Source: Proteromonas lacertae (lineage: Eukaryota). From it: a DNA stretch of 64,000 nt. Position numbers and translations under genes: made by a program. The stretch's first letter is position 1, and each line of letters begins with the position of its first letter. The stretch lies in contig NGBS01001165.1 of assembly GCA_002245135.1 (NCBI GenBank), positions 1 to 64,000 of the forward strand, read 5' to 3'. Under the pieces are notes generated by a model that did no database searches, was not told the DNA's origin, and saw only the letters and a list, made by a program, of their open reading frames with translations. Below, piece after piece: positions 27,113-42,064 of this stretch.

Positions 27113-27660
27113 ATGAAACCATCACGTAGCCGCAACAAAAACAAATCAAAATATAACAACAATTATTCCAGCAACTCGTTTTGGAGGGCAGTGAAGAGGG
27201 AGTTGGAATCAGGTAATACTATAAATGAGTTGTCCCTCAAATACAATATACCCTCCAGTACGATACATCGCAAGGTGACTAAGCTTATACAAACCCCTAA
27301 TTTTGATTTTTCTAAAGAACAAAGAGGAAAAGGTAAAAAGAAATTCACAATGGATCAAGAAGCAACTATATGTGAAGTAATGAAATCGATCATAGAAGGC
27401 TCAGGAGGATGTGCTAAAGCATCACAACTTATAACTGGTGTTAATGATTACATTGCCACTCATAAAGACATTTTTCCTAGTGGTGATGCAATTGATAGAA
27501 ACATGCTATACAGGTTTGTGAAAAATCATTCATTTATTTGTACGGGTAAAGGCATTTCTTTCTTTTCAGGCAACCCTGATGGTATGCTTATAATGGCTTA
27601 TATAATGTAGATCTACTTGGGAGGAAAACGAATTATCGGAATAATTTAAAGGATGTGTAA
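27113..27660 (+). CDS. Small psq/CENP-B-type double helix-turn-helix DNA-binding protein (pogo/Tc5-related, no DDE domain)
   Basis: YSSNSFWRAV..TINELSLKYNIPSSTIHRK (HTH_psq-like), then KKFTMDQEATI..MLYRFVKNH (CENP-B HTH-like). Last intron ~27582-27610, TAA at 27658-27660. Confidence 0.65.
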
Positions 27661-28377
27661 GTAGATATGTAACTGTAGTAAGGTATTTTAGTCATCTAGT
27701 CTTTTATAACATTCAAATTTTTCTAAATAATTTAATATATAGTATCTTCATTTGAAGATGCATCGATTTTCAATCACATTCATTAAGGTTTGAGAAATAG
27801 TTTGAGATTTGTATTTGTGTTTTGAGGAGGAAGAAAGTAAGGTTTGTTGTGCTATTGATGGTTAATAACCTATTTTAAATTCATTAGGATTAGAATTAAT
27901 ATAGAAATGTGAATATATATAAGATTAAGAAATATATGTACATTTCGTTGAAATCAATTATCAGACCTTTATTTAATTATTTATCAATTATGTAGAAATT
28001 ATCTATCAGATAGATAATTAATAGATTACTTTAAAAAATTCAAAAATAACAAAATATGAATATTATTTAAAATACTATTCTTATTTCGCTTTACATGGAG
28101 ATATGGAAGTTAGTAACACAAAGTCATTTATAAATATTTATAGAAATAAGATATATTACTGTTGAATAAATATTTCAAATCAACCTGAGTGATATTCTTG
28201 TAATAAATTTAAAAAATGTAAGTAAAACAACAAGAAATGTAAATAACTATGTAATTTAACTCAAACAATTCGTATTTTTTCAAATTATTTTAATTTTTAT
28301 GATTTGCAGAATTTTATTGTGTATTGGTGAATAAAAACATAAAACAGTGATTATAAATTAATGAAATTGCAATTAAA

Positions 28378-29799
28378 TTACAATTCATTATCATTATTAT
28401 ACAATTCATTCATTAATTCTTTATAACCACCACTTGAACTAGAATTATTTATAGAAAATAGTTCTATAAACATTAAACAATCCAACTGCTGTATTTTATT
28501 GTTGTTTAAACTCCTAAACAATTTAATTACATTCTCATTCTCTTTTGAAGTTACAACCAATTGGGTAAGTGTTAAGTAACACTTTAAATCAGAATCATCT
28601 GATGTTACTGGATAAATAATTCCATTTTCTGATATTTCTTCAGCTTTATTCGTTTTGAATGATATTAAATACTTCAAATATTCGTTTTGCTTTTCTATTT
28701 GAATAGGAAATTTTAAAAATGATATAACAACACACACCTTATTGATTAATTCATTATTTTCATCTTCTTTTAACTTATACAACATATTATAACAGCAACA
28801 GAGTATTTGTGAATAAAAATAATGTAAAAAATACCACAATTGTATTTTTTTATACTCAATAGTAACATTTACTCCTTCTAAAAATGTTGATGGATTATTT
28901 ATCCAGTTGTAAATATTATTAATAAAATCATCAATATTATTATAATTATAAATACTCTTTATCATATTCCACCTTGTGTCTACATTTGATATATCATTAT
29001 TAACATATTTCATTACATTGTGATTGTGTAAATACAACAATCTAGAAAGTCTTAAATCATAACTGTTTGTCAATTCTCTAAATTAATAAATTAAAAAAAA
29101 AACATGAATATAAATAAGAATATATATATATATATACTTTTCAATTGCTATTGTAAAGTGATAATATAATTGAAAATATTGACTGTCATTTTGATATGGT
29201 ATAAAATTATCAAACAAATCATTTGGAGATATAAAAGGAATTGATTTGATAATGTTTATCACTTTATCACATATTGAATCAAACAATGATGGATAATCTA
29301 AGCAAATGTTCATTAATATATTATTATTATCACTTTCATTATCACATGATAAAGATTTAAAGATATCTGGAAATAGAATGTTCAAATTTTCTAATGAAGA
29401 TTTTGAAAATATAGTTGTTACAATCATTTCTAAAACCCTATTACTTGATATTACATCATAATTATTCATTATCTCATTGATTGTATCGATTAATACTTCA
29501 AATATTGTCTTACTAATAGTTAAATTATCATAGCATAAACTGTCTAATAACTGCTTAGCTGGAGCAGATATTGCAGCTGTTATATTGTCACTAAAAGGAT
29601 GAGAAAGCTTTAATATGTTACTACTTTGTTTTATTATCCATTTTTCACTGAATTCTATTATTTCTTTTTCATTTTGAGATGTATTAGGTGGTAAATAAGA
29701 AAGAAAACATAAAGCTATTAAAGAATAGAAATATTTATATAAATACCACAACTCATTGAAAGTTGGATTATTTCTTGGTTATACCACAATCTTTGACAT
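28378..29799 (-). CDS. Hypothetical alpha-helical protein
   Basis: ORFs 29083-29751 and 28378-29073 joined by a GTATAT..TAG intron. ATG at 29799 is tentative. Confidence 0.55.
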
Positions 29800-30257
29800 G
29801 CGAAAATTGAATTTAATAACGATGGTATAGTATTGAGCTTTTCTACAATATCTTTTGGAGTAAAGTGTGATATAGTCTAAATATATTAAAGAGCTGTCAA
29901 TACATCATTTATATTTTTTAAGAATATTTTCAAACTCTTTATATTATCTGTTGTTGGCATTTCAGTTCTTATTTCTTTTAAATAATCACCTATTCCTTCA
30001 GTTATTTGCTTCACTACATTTCCATGTCAATATATTATCCTTCCAAGTTACACACTGCTTATTTATTTCTTCATAATTCATTTTTCTTTATCTCAAATAT
30101 AACAAGCTTTTTTTCATTTTAAATTTGAATATTCCTCATTATGTCATCAGATAACACATATGAAATAAGGTTATGCAAAAATTCCAAATTACTGCCACCA
30201 AATTGTGTATAATGTTTGGTTTCTTTATTCTATAGATATTAATTGAAAAAAATCATC

Positions 30258-30870
30258 ATGAAAATGCATTTACAGTTTGAAAAGGAATGGTATATACTAG
30301 CTATATGTGACAAAAATACTAATGAAGAGTATATTTTGTATTTAATTTAATAGATTTAAACTAACTTCAAGAGTTGTGATGACTTATATAGTAATAGATG
30401 AAATGGATGAACAACATGAACTGTATAAAGGAGTGACTACTGCATATAAAGATGGTTATTTCTATTTTGCGTATTACTAAGTTAAAATATTTACTTTGAA
30501 TATAGACAAATTAATTTTCATATTCCAGGAAGTTATACTATTAAGTTTTTTATAAGTAAAGGTAAAATAGATGTAGATCCTTTGATTCAACACTGTGATG
30601 TTGATTTTAATGAGAAAGAAGAACAAATAGAATCAATTCCCAAAAGAAAAAGAGGTAGAAAGCAGATGAATACTTCCAAAAGAAAACAATATCCAAGTAT
30701 TTTTGTCTTTTTAATTTGTAGATCAAATTGTTCCACAATCAAAAAGACCTCGTAAAGTATCAGTTACAAGATATGAAGAATTACCTGCTAATATGACAAA
30801 GACATTATGGTCAAAGGATGAAGTTATTAAGGAAGTAGGAAAAGAGTTAATAAGTGAAGATAATTTTTAG
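30258..30870 (+). CDS. Hypothetical small protein with basic PKRKRGRK motif
   Basis: Open exons separated by ~25-35 nt GT-AG introns, ending ..KELISEDNF*. TGTTTGTT follows at 30910-30917. Start uncertain (an upstream ATG exists at 30141). Confidence 0.5.
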
Positions 30871-30972
30871 GTTATTATAATCAATAAGAGTGTGTTTTGT
30901 TTTATATTATGTTTGTTTTATAAAATAATAGTTGGCAATAAAATATAATAAATTAATTATGTATTTATTTAT

Positions 30973-33900
30973 TTACTCAGTTAATATCATTGGATGTGCA
31001 TGGAATTTATCATTTCTAAACACTATTGTACAAAATTTATCTTCTTTTAATAATACACACTCATTTGTTCCAAAGATATTTTCCAATAACTCATCATAAG
31101 GTGATATAAAATGTAAAGTACTATTTACTTTAAATCTTGTTGGAGCTGGTCTTGTATTTGATAATTTCACTTTTATTTTGCCTAGTTTTCTTTTGATATG
31201 ATTGAATGGTTCAAGTATTACTGTATCTTTGTCTTGATAGGCTTTAAATCTTCCATTCTCATAATTCTTTGTGTTTAAATCATAATAAACGATTTTCTGA
31301 TTTTCGCTATATCTAAACTCTTCACTATCTAAACCGATAGGAGATAGAGTTGATTTTATTTCTATACTTCTATTCAATTATATTACATATATAGTAATTA
31401 TACGAATTTAAAACTTGAGGTGGTAAAGCAGGATTTAAATTGAACTTATTAAACTGTGTTAAATCTTCTTTCTTCATATGCTTTATATTGTTTCTGATAA
31501 ACTCAGTAACAGGTGGTGTTGGAGCAAGCTGTAACAATCCTCTCAACATGTCAAATAAATTATCAGGTACAATTGGTAAAAGCTTTGATGGAGATTTAAC
31601 CAATGGTTGAGTTGATGACTCTATCTTCGTTTCTACTTCTAATTCTACTTCTGCTTCAATTACATCATCTGGTTTTGGTGTTTCTGTTGGTGTATAATTT
31701 ATTGTCTCATTTATTATACCCTCTACTAACTCATCTACTTTATTATCATTCTCTTCAATTTCTTCTTCATTTTCTTCTAATTCTTGTCCTTGTTGTTCAT
31801 CTTGTAGTAGTTCATCACCTTCTTTTTCATAAGATTCTTGGGATTGAGATTGATCTTCTTCTTCTTCCTCTTGTTGATTTGGCTCTTCTTCACTATTATC
31901 TTCTTCTTGTCTAATTACTTCTTCTGTATTAACATCTTCTTCATTCTCCTTTTTTTCTTCTGGTTGTTCCTTATCTTGTTGATCTAATTCCTGTTGTTGT
32001 TGTTGATGTTCTTTTTCTATTTGTACTTCTTCTTGTTGTACTTCATACTTTTGTGATTGCATTAGTTCATCTTCAGGTTCATATACATATTCTTCTACTA
32101 CTTGTGCCTGCGGTTGAAATTCTACAAATACCGAATCTTGTAGTTGTGACTTTCCTTCTTGCCGGTTTTTATCATTTTGTTCCTCTTTCTTCTGCTGTGG
32201 TATATTTGATTGTATTTCTTCATTATTTTCTGATGTATCATTTTGAGTTTCTATTACATCTCCTGTAGACACTTCATCAACTATTGGCTTAGTATCTGAG
32301 TTTGATTCCAGTGATGTTTCTACTTCTATTATCTCTGATGTAGGTAATGTTGGCTTTTCAACATCTTTTTCTTTTTCTTGATCAGGTTCAGGTTCTTTCT
32401 TTGGGTTTTCTGGAATATCGTTGAATCTCTATTATTAATATAACATATATCTTTATATGTATATATATACTTTATATTCTTCTTCAAACACATTTAAACA
32501 GTATTCTTTCATTTCTTCATCACTTGGTAAACTCATTTCTTCATTATTCTTTACCTTTTCAAGTAGTTCTTCATAAAATTCAATCTTATAAAATGAAGAG
32601 ATTGATTTCTTCATCAAATCAATTACAATATTATCAAATACACTTCTAGAGCTATGTTTATAAATCTCACTTTCAACTTCATTCTTTTTAGCTGCTATTT
32701 TATTTCTCATTAAATCAAATTCAAGCAAACATTGTATATGATGTTTACATACATCTAAACTATAATCATCTAAAGCATTACAATCATTCAATCTGTCTTT
32801 ATCTGAATAATTTACATTGTTTGTAACTGTATAAATAGAGAAAATATTTTCACTTTCTGGATGTTCTAAATTATGATCGCCTTTTGGATAATCATATTTA
32901 AAAATTTCATTTTGTATCATCCAATACACACAACAACCATGAGCTACAGATTCATCCATATTTAATGTCTGAATTAAATTAAGATTGAATTCTTTCTTTA
33001 TTGTTTCTTGGAATAGTGGAATTCTCATACTTCCACCACTTATTATAATTCCATCTATCTTTTTGTCTTTATTTTTATCACCTAATGAATGTCTGATTAA
33101 TTTACATAATAGATCAGGATATTCTATACTCTGTAATAATTCTTCCAATATTTCTTTACTATATTCTCCTTCATAATCTTCATCATCAGGTAATGCTCCA
33201 TCTATTGAAACAGCAATTGTGTCAGCTCCTTGGGCAGATAATTTACACTTTATTTTCTCTACTTCTACAGTAATTTTTGCTCTTAATTTTGACTTAAACT
33301 TGTCAAATGTTCCATCTCCATAATCGGATAAATCTCCATCACTTTCTTTTGCTGTATTATATATCATTTGCGCAATTGAATTACAGAGCAATTTGTCGAT
33401 ATTTTTACCATTCAGTTCTAAACTGTAACTATTGGATAGTATTTCACATTTATCTCGATTGTATTTTACTAAACTAGATGAACTGTGATAATAACCAATA
33501 TCCATTATTATATAATTCTTTTCTTCATCCATTGATGAGTTATTCTCATATCCATAACATAAACATAAGGCTTCATAATCAGGAATTAATCTAACTATTT
33601 TCATTTTATCTATTCATTATTATTAATATATTTATACATTCATCTTTAAATCTATTGAATATGTTACATATGTTCTTGAAATGATTTGGCTGCAAATAAG
33701 GTGGATAACTTAATATAATTTCTTTCTCATTTTCATTTTCATTTATTATATTATGAATTTCTTTCAAATATAAACAATATAGTTCATAACCATTTAAACA
33801 TATCTCCTTTATTTCCTTCTTTATCCAAATTAAAGTATTTTATCTTGCATTTCTTATTCTCCGTTAGTAATTCGGTTAAATTACGATAAACATTGTTACA

Positions 33901-34238
33901 ACAACGAACCAGCTAAAACAAACTATATTTATTCGTTTATACATTATTTTCAGCTAAACTACCAATATATAATTTATTTGTATCAAATACTTCAATCACA
34001 CTATAGAAATAGTAAAAAGAAACATACGGACTCAGTTTCTTCCCCAGACTATTCTCGATTATTTGTGTTTTATAACCATCACTTGTTTCTATTACTTTGC
34101 TTATTCTTAAGTGTTTAGAGCCAAAATCTATTCCATAAGCTTTCTATTGGATAAAAATCATAGAACATTGTATGGAAAAGATAAAGAGATAGATTTAAAG
34201 TGTAAATATTATATAAATATATATACATCTTGAGACAT
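30973..34238 (-). CDS. Hsp110-like ATPase domain + acidic linker + tandem Tudor/Agenet-like protein, paralog 1 (apparent frameshift ~33810)
   Basis: YGIDFGSKH, IMDIGYYHS, ISGGSMRIP, TLNMDESVAHGC, KNEVESEIY; Glu/Gln-rich linker; C-terminal domains shared with the other three paralogs. Confidence 0.75.
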
Positions 34239-34292
34239 TGATAAAAAACAGAATTAAAACGTTATAATTTTCAAGCATTTAGCTTGACTTTT
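33350..34292. repeat. Near-identical direct duplication (second copy ~37000-37937) covering promoter and 5' exons of paralogs 1 and 2
   Basis: Identity extends through introns and upstream DNA, apart from one diverged ~45-bp patch (~33650-33700 vs ~37290-37340). A second near-identical block lies at ~32425-32640 vs ~36047-36263. Confidence 0.9.
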
Positions 34293-34410
34293 TGAAAAAT
34301 TCAAACTGTTAGTGTATATTTTTTACTGAATGTGAGTTAATTGACAGGAATTGCACAATTACACATGTTTTTTATATTAAAAGTTAAAATTTATAAACAC
34401 TAATTTTCTT

Positions 34411-35752
34411 TTACGAGGTTAATAATAACGGATTTGCATGATACTTCTTTCCTTTTATTTCAATTGTACAAAGTTTATCCTCTTTAAGTAGAGTGCATTC
34501 ACTACTACCGAAAATATTCTCAAACAATTTATCATAAGGTGATATAAAATGTAAAGTACTATTCACTTCAAATCTTGTTGAAGCTGGTCTTGTATTGGAT
34601 AATTTCACTTTTACTAACCCTCTCTTTTTGTTATTCGAATAAACATTAATCATAGTATCTGTAATATTACTTACAAACCTTCCTCCTTCATATGTTCTTG
34701 TTTCATAATCATAATATAGGATTTGTTGTCCTTCATAGTAATTCAGTTCATCATTGTTATTATTCATTGAAGATTTCATATTAATTGGAGATATAGTTGA
34801 TCTGATCTTTGAAGTACTATTGATATAATAATAATAATAATACATTGACATTTTCGAAGAAACTGGTTTTAATAAACATTTATGAAATTGAGTTAAATCA
34901 TCACTACTTATATTACCATTACAACTATTAATGAATTCTATTAATGGAGGAGTTGGAGCTAGTTTTAACAATTCTTTATATACATAAGTTGGTTCATTTC
35001 TGTGTGGATTTAGAGATGGAAATAAATGAGTTGAATTGAAATAACCACTACTCTGCGACTTTCCTAATGATGGTAAGCTCTTATTTGAACTAGATGGAGA
35101 ATAACTTTCTTCTTCTTTTGTACTTATATTATCAATACTTGGTAAAGTAGATATATTATATTGACTCTCTACACAGCGTGGAGGTGATCTTACTGGTGGT
35201 AATATTGCTTCTCTTTCTTTCTCTTCTTCTTTCACTTCATTACCTTCGTTTATTTCAACATTTCTGCCTGTATTTTCTGCTGTTGAATGACTTGTACCAA
35301 AATCATTTTCTTCTTCTTCAAAATCACTTTGATGTTGTATTGCATCACTAACTTCAGAATCCAATATATTAGCAACATAAACATTTTCTACTTCTCTAGA
35401 TATTTGAGCTGTTGCTGTTAGTACATCATTATCTCCTTCATCTGATTCTGGTGTAATGTCTTTATTGTCATTTTCTTCAGTGTTTATTATATTCATTTCT
35501 AAATCTCCTAAATATCCATACTGTCCAATTGCTACTCTTTCTGAAAGTCTTCTATTACCACCACTATCATCAAAATTATTATCTTTCTCTTCTTTTTCAG
35601 TTTCATTTTCCTCCTCTTTTTCTTCCTCTTTCTTTTCTTCATTTTCATTTTCTATCTTTGATTCTGATTGATCTACTTCAGTATTTGTTTCTTTCACTTC
35701 CTCTTTTTTCTCTTCTTCTTGTTTTGTATTTCATTGATCATATTATTAATAC

Positions 35753-35851
<99 letters not shown>

Positions 35852-37882
35852 CTTTTTCTTCTTGTTTTGCTATTTCAATCGGATCAATATCTATTAAATA
35901 ACCATATTGTCCTTTTACATTCATTTCACTTAATTCTCTAGTTAATGCATCACTTTGTAATGATTTTATTTCCATTTCTTTTGTTTCTTCTTCTTCTAGT
36001 ATTTCTGTTTTTGATTCTACTACTTCAGATGATTCTGATAATGAATTGAATCTCTATTATTAATATAACATATATCTTTATATGTATATATATACTTTAT
36101 ATTCTTCTTCAAACACATTTAAACAGTATTCTTTCATTTCTTCATCATTTGGTAAACTCATTTCTTCATTATTCTTTACCTTTTCAAGTAATTCTTCATA
36201 AAATTCAATCTTATAAAATGAAGAGATTGATTTCTTCATCAAATCAATTACAATATTATCAAATTGACTTTTACTTCCATGACCAATTAATCTCTTTTGT
36301 TATATTCTCAATTAACAAACCAATCCTACTTATTTTTTCATTATAATCAATTAGACATTTCACATGATTCTTGATACTATTCATCTCTTCTTCACTTAGT
36401 TTTTTACAATCACCAATTTCATCATCTTCATCAGATATAATATAACTCTTCATCACAATATCAGTCAAATAATTATCATTTTTATTACACGAATGACATA
36501 ATTCATATTGAAATACTTCATTTTGTATCATCCAATATACACTACAACCATGAGCTACAGATTCATCCAAATCTAATGAATCAATTATTTCAACATTAAA
36601 CTCTTTCTTAATTGTTTCTTGGAATAACGGAATATTCATATTTCCACCATTTATTATGATTCCTTCAATCTTTAAGTCTTTATATTCATCTCCTATTGAA
36701 TCATGAATTATTTTAACTAAAATTTCTGTTAGTTTACTATCTAATATCAACTTTTCGAAATTGGTTTTACTATATTTATCTTCATATTCAACATCATCAG
36801 GTAAACCATTTTCAATAAAAATATCAGTTGAATCTGAAGTACATAACTCACTCTTAATATTCTCAACTGAAATTAATATCTTTTCTTTTAACTCATTAGA
36901 AAATGTATCAAATGTTCCATCTCCATAAGCTGATAAATCTTCACAGTCATCTGGATCTTCAGCCTGTAATTTGGCTTGTTCTTCACAAGCTTTTGTATAT
37001 ATCATTTGTGCAATTGAATTACAGAGTAATTTGTCGATATTTTTACCATTCAGTTCTAAACTGTAACTATTGGATAGTATTTCACATTTATCTCGATTGT
37101 ATTTTACTAAACTAGATGAACTGTGATAATAACCAATATCCATTATTATATAATTCTTTTCTTCATCCATTGATGAGTTATTCTCATATCCATAACATAA
37201 ACATAATGGCTTCATAATCAGGAATTAATCTAACTATTTTCATTTTATCTATTCATTATTATTATTAATATATTTATACACTCATCTTTAAACAAATCAA
37301 ACAGAATATTTATATTTTCCAAATAATGTTGCTTTAAATATGGTGGATAACTTAATATAATTTCTTTCTCATTTTCATTTTCATTTATTATATTATGAAT
37401 TTCTTTCAAATATAAACAGTATAGTTCATAACCATTTAAACATATCTCCTTATTTCCTTCTTTATCCAAATTAAAGTATTTTATCTTGCATTTCTTATTC
37501 TCCGGTTAGTAATTCGGTTAAATTACGATAAACATTGTTACAACAACGAACCAGCTAAAACAAACTATATTTATTCGTTTATACATTGTTTTCAGCTAAA
37601 CTACCAATATATAATTTATTTGTATCAAATACTTCAATCACACTATAGAAATAGTAAAAGAGAAACATACGGACTCAGTTTCTTCCCCAGACTATTCTCG
37701 ATTATTTGTGTTTTATAACCATCACTTGTTTCTATTACTTTGCTTATTCTTAAGTGTTTAGAGCCAAAATCTATTCCATAAGCTTTCTATTGGATAAAAA
37801 TCATAGAACATTGTATGATAAAAGATAAAGAGATAGATTTAAAGTGTAAATATTATATAAATATATATACATCTTGAGACAT
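34411..37882 (-). CDS. Hsp110-like + acidic linker + Tudor-like protein, paralog 2 (several apparent frameshifts and a poly-A tract; gene or pseudogene)
   Basis: 5' ~0.9 kb nearly identical to paralog 1; INGGNMNIP, SLDLDESVAHGC. Frameshifts near 37503, 37207 and 36287. Confidence 0.65.
35756..35851. repeat. 96-nt poly-T homopolymer (probable assembly artefact)
   Basis: Uninterrupted T run inside a GAA/AAA-rich coding linker. Confidence 0.9.
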
Positions 37883-37980
37883 TGATAAAAAACAGAATTA
37901 AAACGTTATAATTTTCAAGCATTTAGCTTGACTTTTTCAAAATAGATATGAATTTTATCCTTTTAAACAATAAAGAACAA

Positions 37981-40900
37981 CTAAATAAAGTATTTATTGT
38001 ATATTTCTTTTGCTATTTCGCATACTTCTTCATTTGGAGAATTTATCAATTTAGAAATTGGCTTTTTCATCATTTCAGAGTATTTGCTATTCAGACAGAG
38101 TATCTTGCTGTATATATTTAAAATACTTTTTTTTCTTTTCAAATCATCCCACTCATATCCATGAAGATCTATTGTTTCATGTTCAATTAACTCTTTCATA
38201 GTATTAAATATTGCAGGAGTAATAATTACATCAATATCTTCAGAAGTTTTGTTTGAGATACTAGTATCAATACTCTATAAATATAGTAATTACAATTTTC
38301 TATATACATCAATTATATTCTCTTGAATATTTATTGGTAAGATTATATAACTTCTATCTTTTAGTTTATTTTCATTCCACATATCTTTCGATGAACAATA
38401 TTCTAAAATACCAAATAATGCTTCAACATATCCCTTTGAACAAACAATTGCTATTTCTTCTATTTTATATTCACCAGCTATATTTGCTAATACTCTCAAC
38501 TGACTAGATATGTTGAATGACTGTGGATTCTGCAGGTATTTGAAATATTTATCTAAAAACGAATGATTTAATACATATTGTCTAGAATTATCATAACTCA
38601 ATAATCTATCTATTATGTCTATTACATTCTCATTTATTCCTTTATATACTATTTCAACTATTAACACACTTAAGATGTCTTTTTTAATAAACACATCTAT
38701 ATATCTCTCGTCTTCATTAATAGCATTATATACTTCAGCAAGATATTTGTTTCTGCCTTTTTTACCACTTCTTAATAATCTCATATACTCTTTAACATTA
38801 TTTCTGATTATCTCATTATCATCATATTTTAGAATTCTATCAATCAATGAATTTATATGATCATGTCCTTCTCGAATTCTATAACTATTCTTTGAAATTC
38901 TTAAAAAACATAACAATTTTTCACTATCATTTAATATTAATTCTCTTGCGCCTTTGTCTCTTTCAATTAAATCATCTAACACAATAAGAGGAGAAGAATC
39001 TCCCTTTTCGTCTAACACATATTTAATTATATATGGTATATAATTAATATCTACTACTACATCCTGAATCTTTACATTACTATCAGATAAACAGTTCTTT
39101 AGAAATTTAATTACATTTTCTGTTATTCTATCTTCATTTAATTCAAATAATTTCGTAATATTAAATTGAATATGATTATTTATCATTCTGTTGATAAAAT
39201 CATCTCTGATCAATGATATATGAACAACTATGTAGCTCAGAATATAACTTATTATTTCACTATCCATATGATTATTAAATAAGCTTAATGTATCTGATAA
39301 GAGTAAATCTAGATCTGATTTTTTGCTGTTGCTAATAATTAATAACAAAAATGAACATGTTAATATCTCTTTCTCTGTTGGATTAACCTGTAGATAATAA
39401 AAACAATAAATATATACTTCTTTTATTTTATCATCAATAATTCTTTGTATAACATCAATCCTATTACTATCTTCAATTATTACAGTAAAGCGTGATATGT
39501 TTTTATTAAAAACAAATTCATTTCCTTTAATGTCTATTTCGTTAATTATATATGGAAAAAAAGAATCATCAAATAGAAAACAGTTATTAGAAACAGCTAT
39601 CCCAAATAATGTCTCATTATAATAACAACCACCTGAATTTTTGGATAATATACTATCAATTAGTTTTATATTTTCATTAAATTCTTTGTACTTACATAAG
39701 CTTAGAATGAATTGTGATGTTACACAATTATCAAACCCTATATCAATTATTTTCTCTATAATACCACTTTCTAACAACAAATTGACTGGGAAACATTCTT
39801 TTTCTACATGAATTTTAACTATATTAATTGCAGAATAATAATTGTTTTTGAGAATTTTGTATGATAATAAATGAACCTTCTTAATATTTTCTTCATCATG
39901 TAAAGTAACATAAGATGATAATGCTATAAGGAATTTTAATTTTCTACAGAATTTATCTGTTGATTCCGTCTATAAATAGAAATTATTTAATAATATACAA
40001 TTACAAAAAATTCTATTATAATATCTAAAACACCTAATTTGATTAGTCTCTTCATATATCCATCATCTTCTTTTGATACTGTCATTACTATAAAGAAAGA
40101 CTTCTCTCTTATATCTTCGTAATTACATTTCATTAAATTCACAAAAATAACTAGTCGACTTTTTATTTCTTTTTCAAATAATTCCAATACACTTTCTTGT
40201 CTATTATTCATATATTTTATCATTATTTTCATTTCATGTAATACACTTAATGTAGTATAATCATTATTATTTGAAATAACAGTAAGAAAATAGTTGAATA
40301 TGGAAGATACTGTTGTTAACTGTTGATGTTGATCTAATCCTGATAAATAATTAACAGTAAATCTACATATCAGTTTCAAAAACAACTTGTCATCATAGAG
40401 CGGAATAAATTCCATAACTCTTGATAGTATGTTCTGCAATTCTATTTCATCTATCTCTTTTCTATGATAGGCCATAATACTATTAATAAAATCAACTGAT
40501 GAATATATAAGATCTTTATTTGTAGATAACAGGTTATATTTAACTTGCTGTAAAATGTTAACATTAAATAGATCATCAATAGGTTTGTCTCTTTCAATAC
40601 AATTCTTTATTATATCTTGTATATTAGTCATTATTTCTTCATTTTCACATTCATAATATCTATCAGAAAAATATTTTGGTATGTCATTGAAAATTACATC
40701 ATTTCTTTGGTCTGAATCACTAATGCCTGATAAAGCTTTAGTTAAATATCTAATAACATCTAAATCCCAAATATCTAACAACATTTTACATAATTCAGTG
40801 GGTGTACAAATATTACAATCAGCATAATACACATCTCCATCATATCCAAAGACAATACATAGAATAAATGATGCAATCTGCCTTTTATTTATTGAAGAAT

Positions 40901-41874
40901 ATGACTAGAATATAGGAATATATTTATATATATGTATGTATACGTCTTTCACTATTTCTTTCATTTTTAATTTTGCAACAATTTTTGAGTATGACATTGA
41001 AGATAATACTCTAGTTCTATCGCTATAATCATCTAAACATATCATTATCTTTGGAAATATGTATTTATTAAAAATAAATGAAGTATCAGTAAATGCTACA
41101 AAAGTAAGAATTTTACACGTTCCGTAAATAATATCATAATCATCAAATTTTTTAAGAAAAGAGCTTAATCTTTTTAACATTCTTTCTTCATATAATTCTT
41201 TTATATATTCTTTCCTATCTATTGATATAATCACTCTACTCAGGATAACCAAAACTTTATTTAAATTCATAACATCCTCATTCCATATATAACTAATTAA
41301 TTTCGATTGTATTGATGTTTTTGTTAATATATCCTCACAGTAAATACAGATATATTCTTGGTTAATTTTTTTCGTTACAAGTATTTTATTGTCAATTCTT
41401 TTGTAAATACTATCAATCATCGAATTACATGTATTTTTATCATCAAGTATGTTTTCAATAACTTTGCTAATCACTTTAATATCATTTTCAAATGTATATG
41501 AATTACATAACAATTGAAACAAAAAATATGTTGCATTGCTTAACTGTAATAGATTTTTTGACTGCAAAGACTATTAATAATAAAAAATAACACCATACTA
41601 CATGAATTACAACCTCAAGCTCAGAAAGAATAGCAGGATTACTTTCATATAAGTGAAATACACTCTTAAATATTGTATCTATATCATCAAATCCTACAAG
41701 TTTTAATAATATATGGAAATATTTATAATTTATTCTATTATCTACCACAGTTTCTTTAATTAGCTTTAATTTAAATTCTTGTTTATCTTCTGAGTTTTCT
41801 GATGTTGAAATATCTAATTCTTCTTGCTATAATATAAACATAAAACAATTTAATACATTGGTTAATAAATTCAT
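37981..41874 (-). CDS. Large armadillo/HEAT-like helical repeat protein
   Basis: ORFs 41503-41748, 40905-41567, 39987-40832, 38290-39780 and 37981-38199 joined by short introns. ARM-like motifs LRVLANIAG, LIKLGVLDII and LINSPNEEVCEIAKEI. Confidence 0.65.
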
Positions 41875-42064
41875 TACAAAAATAAAGAAATTTATTGGTG
41901 ATATTGAATAGGTTTGATTATGGCTTGAAGTGAAATGAGACACACAATATATAATAGCAGATACTAGTGATAATAGATTTAGCAAAAAACATAAACAAAG
42001 GTATATCAATAAAACTGTAATATAAGAGAATAATATAATATAATTTCAACAAATGAAGGTTTTG

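Noticed and set aside
35756..35851. Poly-Lys/poly-Phe ORFs from the 96-nt T run; possible retro-element poly(A) tail
   Set aside because: No TSD or element body is visible, and it sits in a GAA-rich linker within an indel-rich region. Most likely a consensus artefact.
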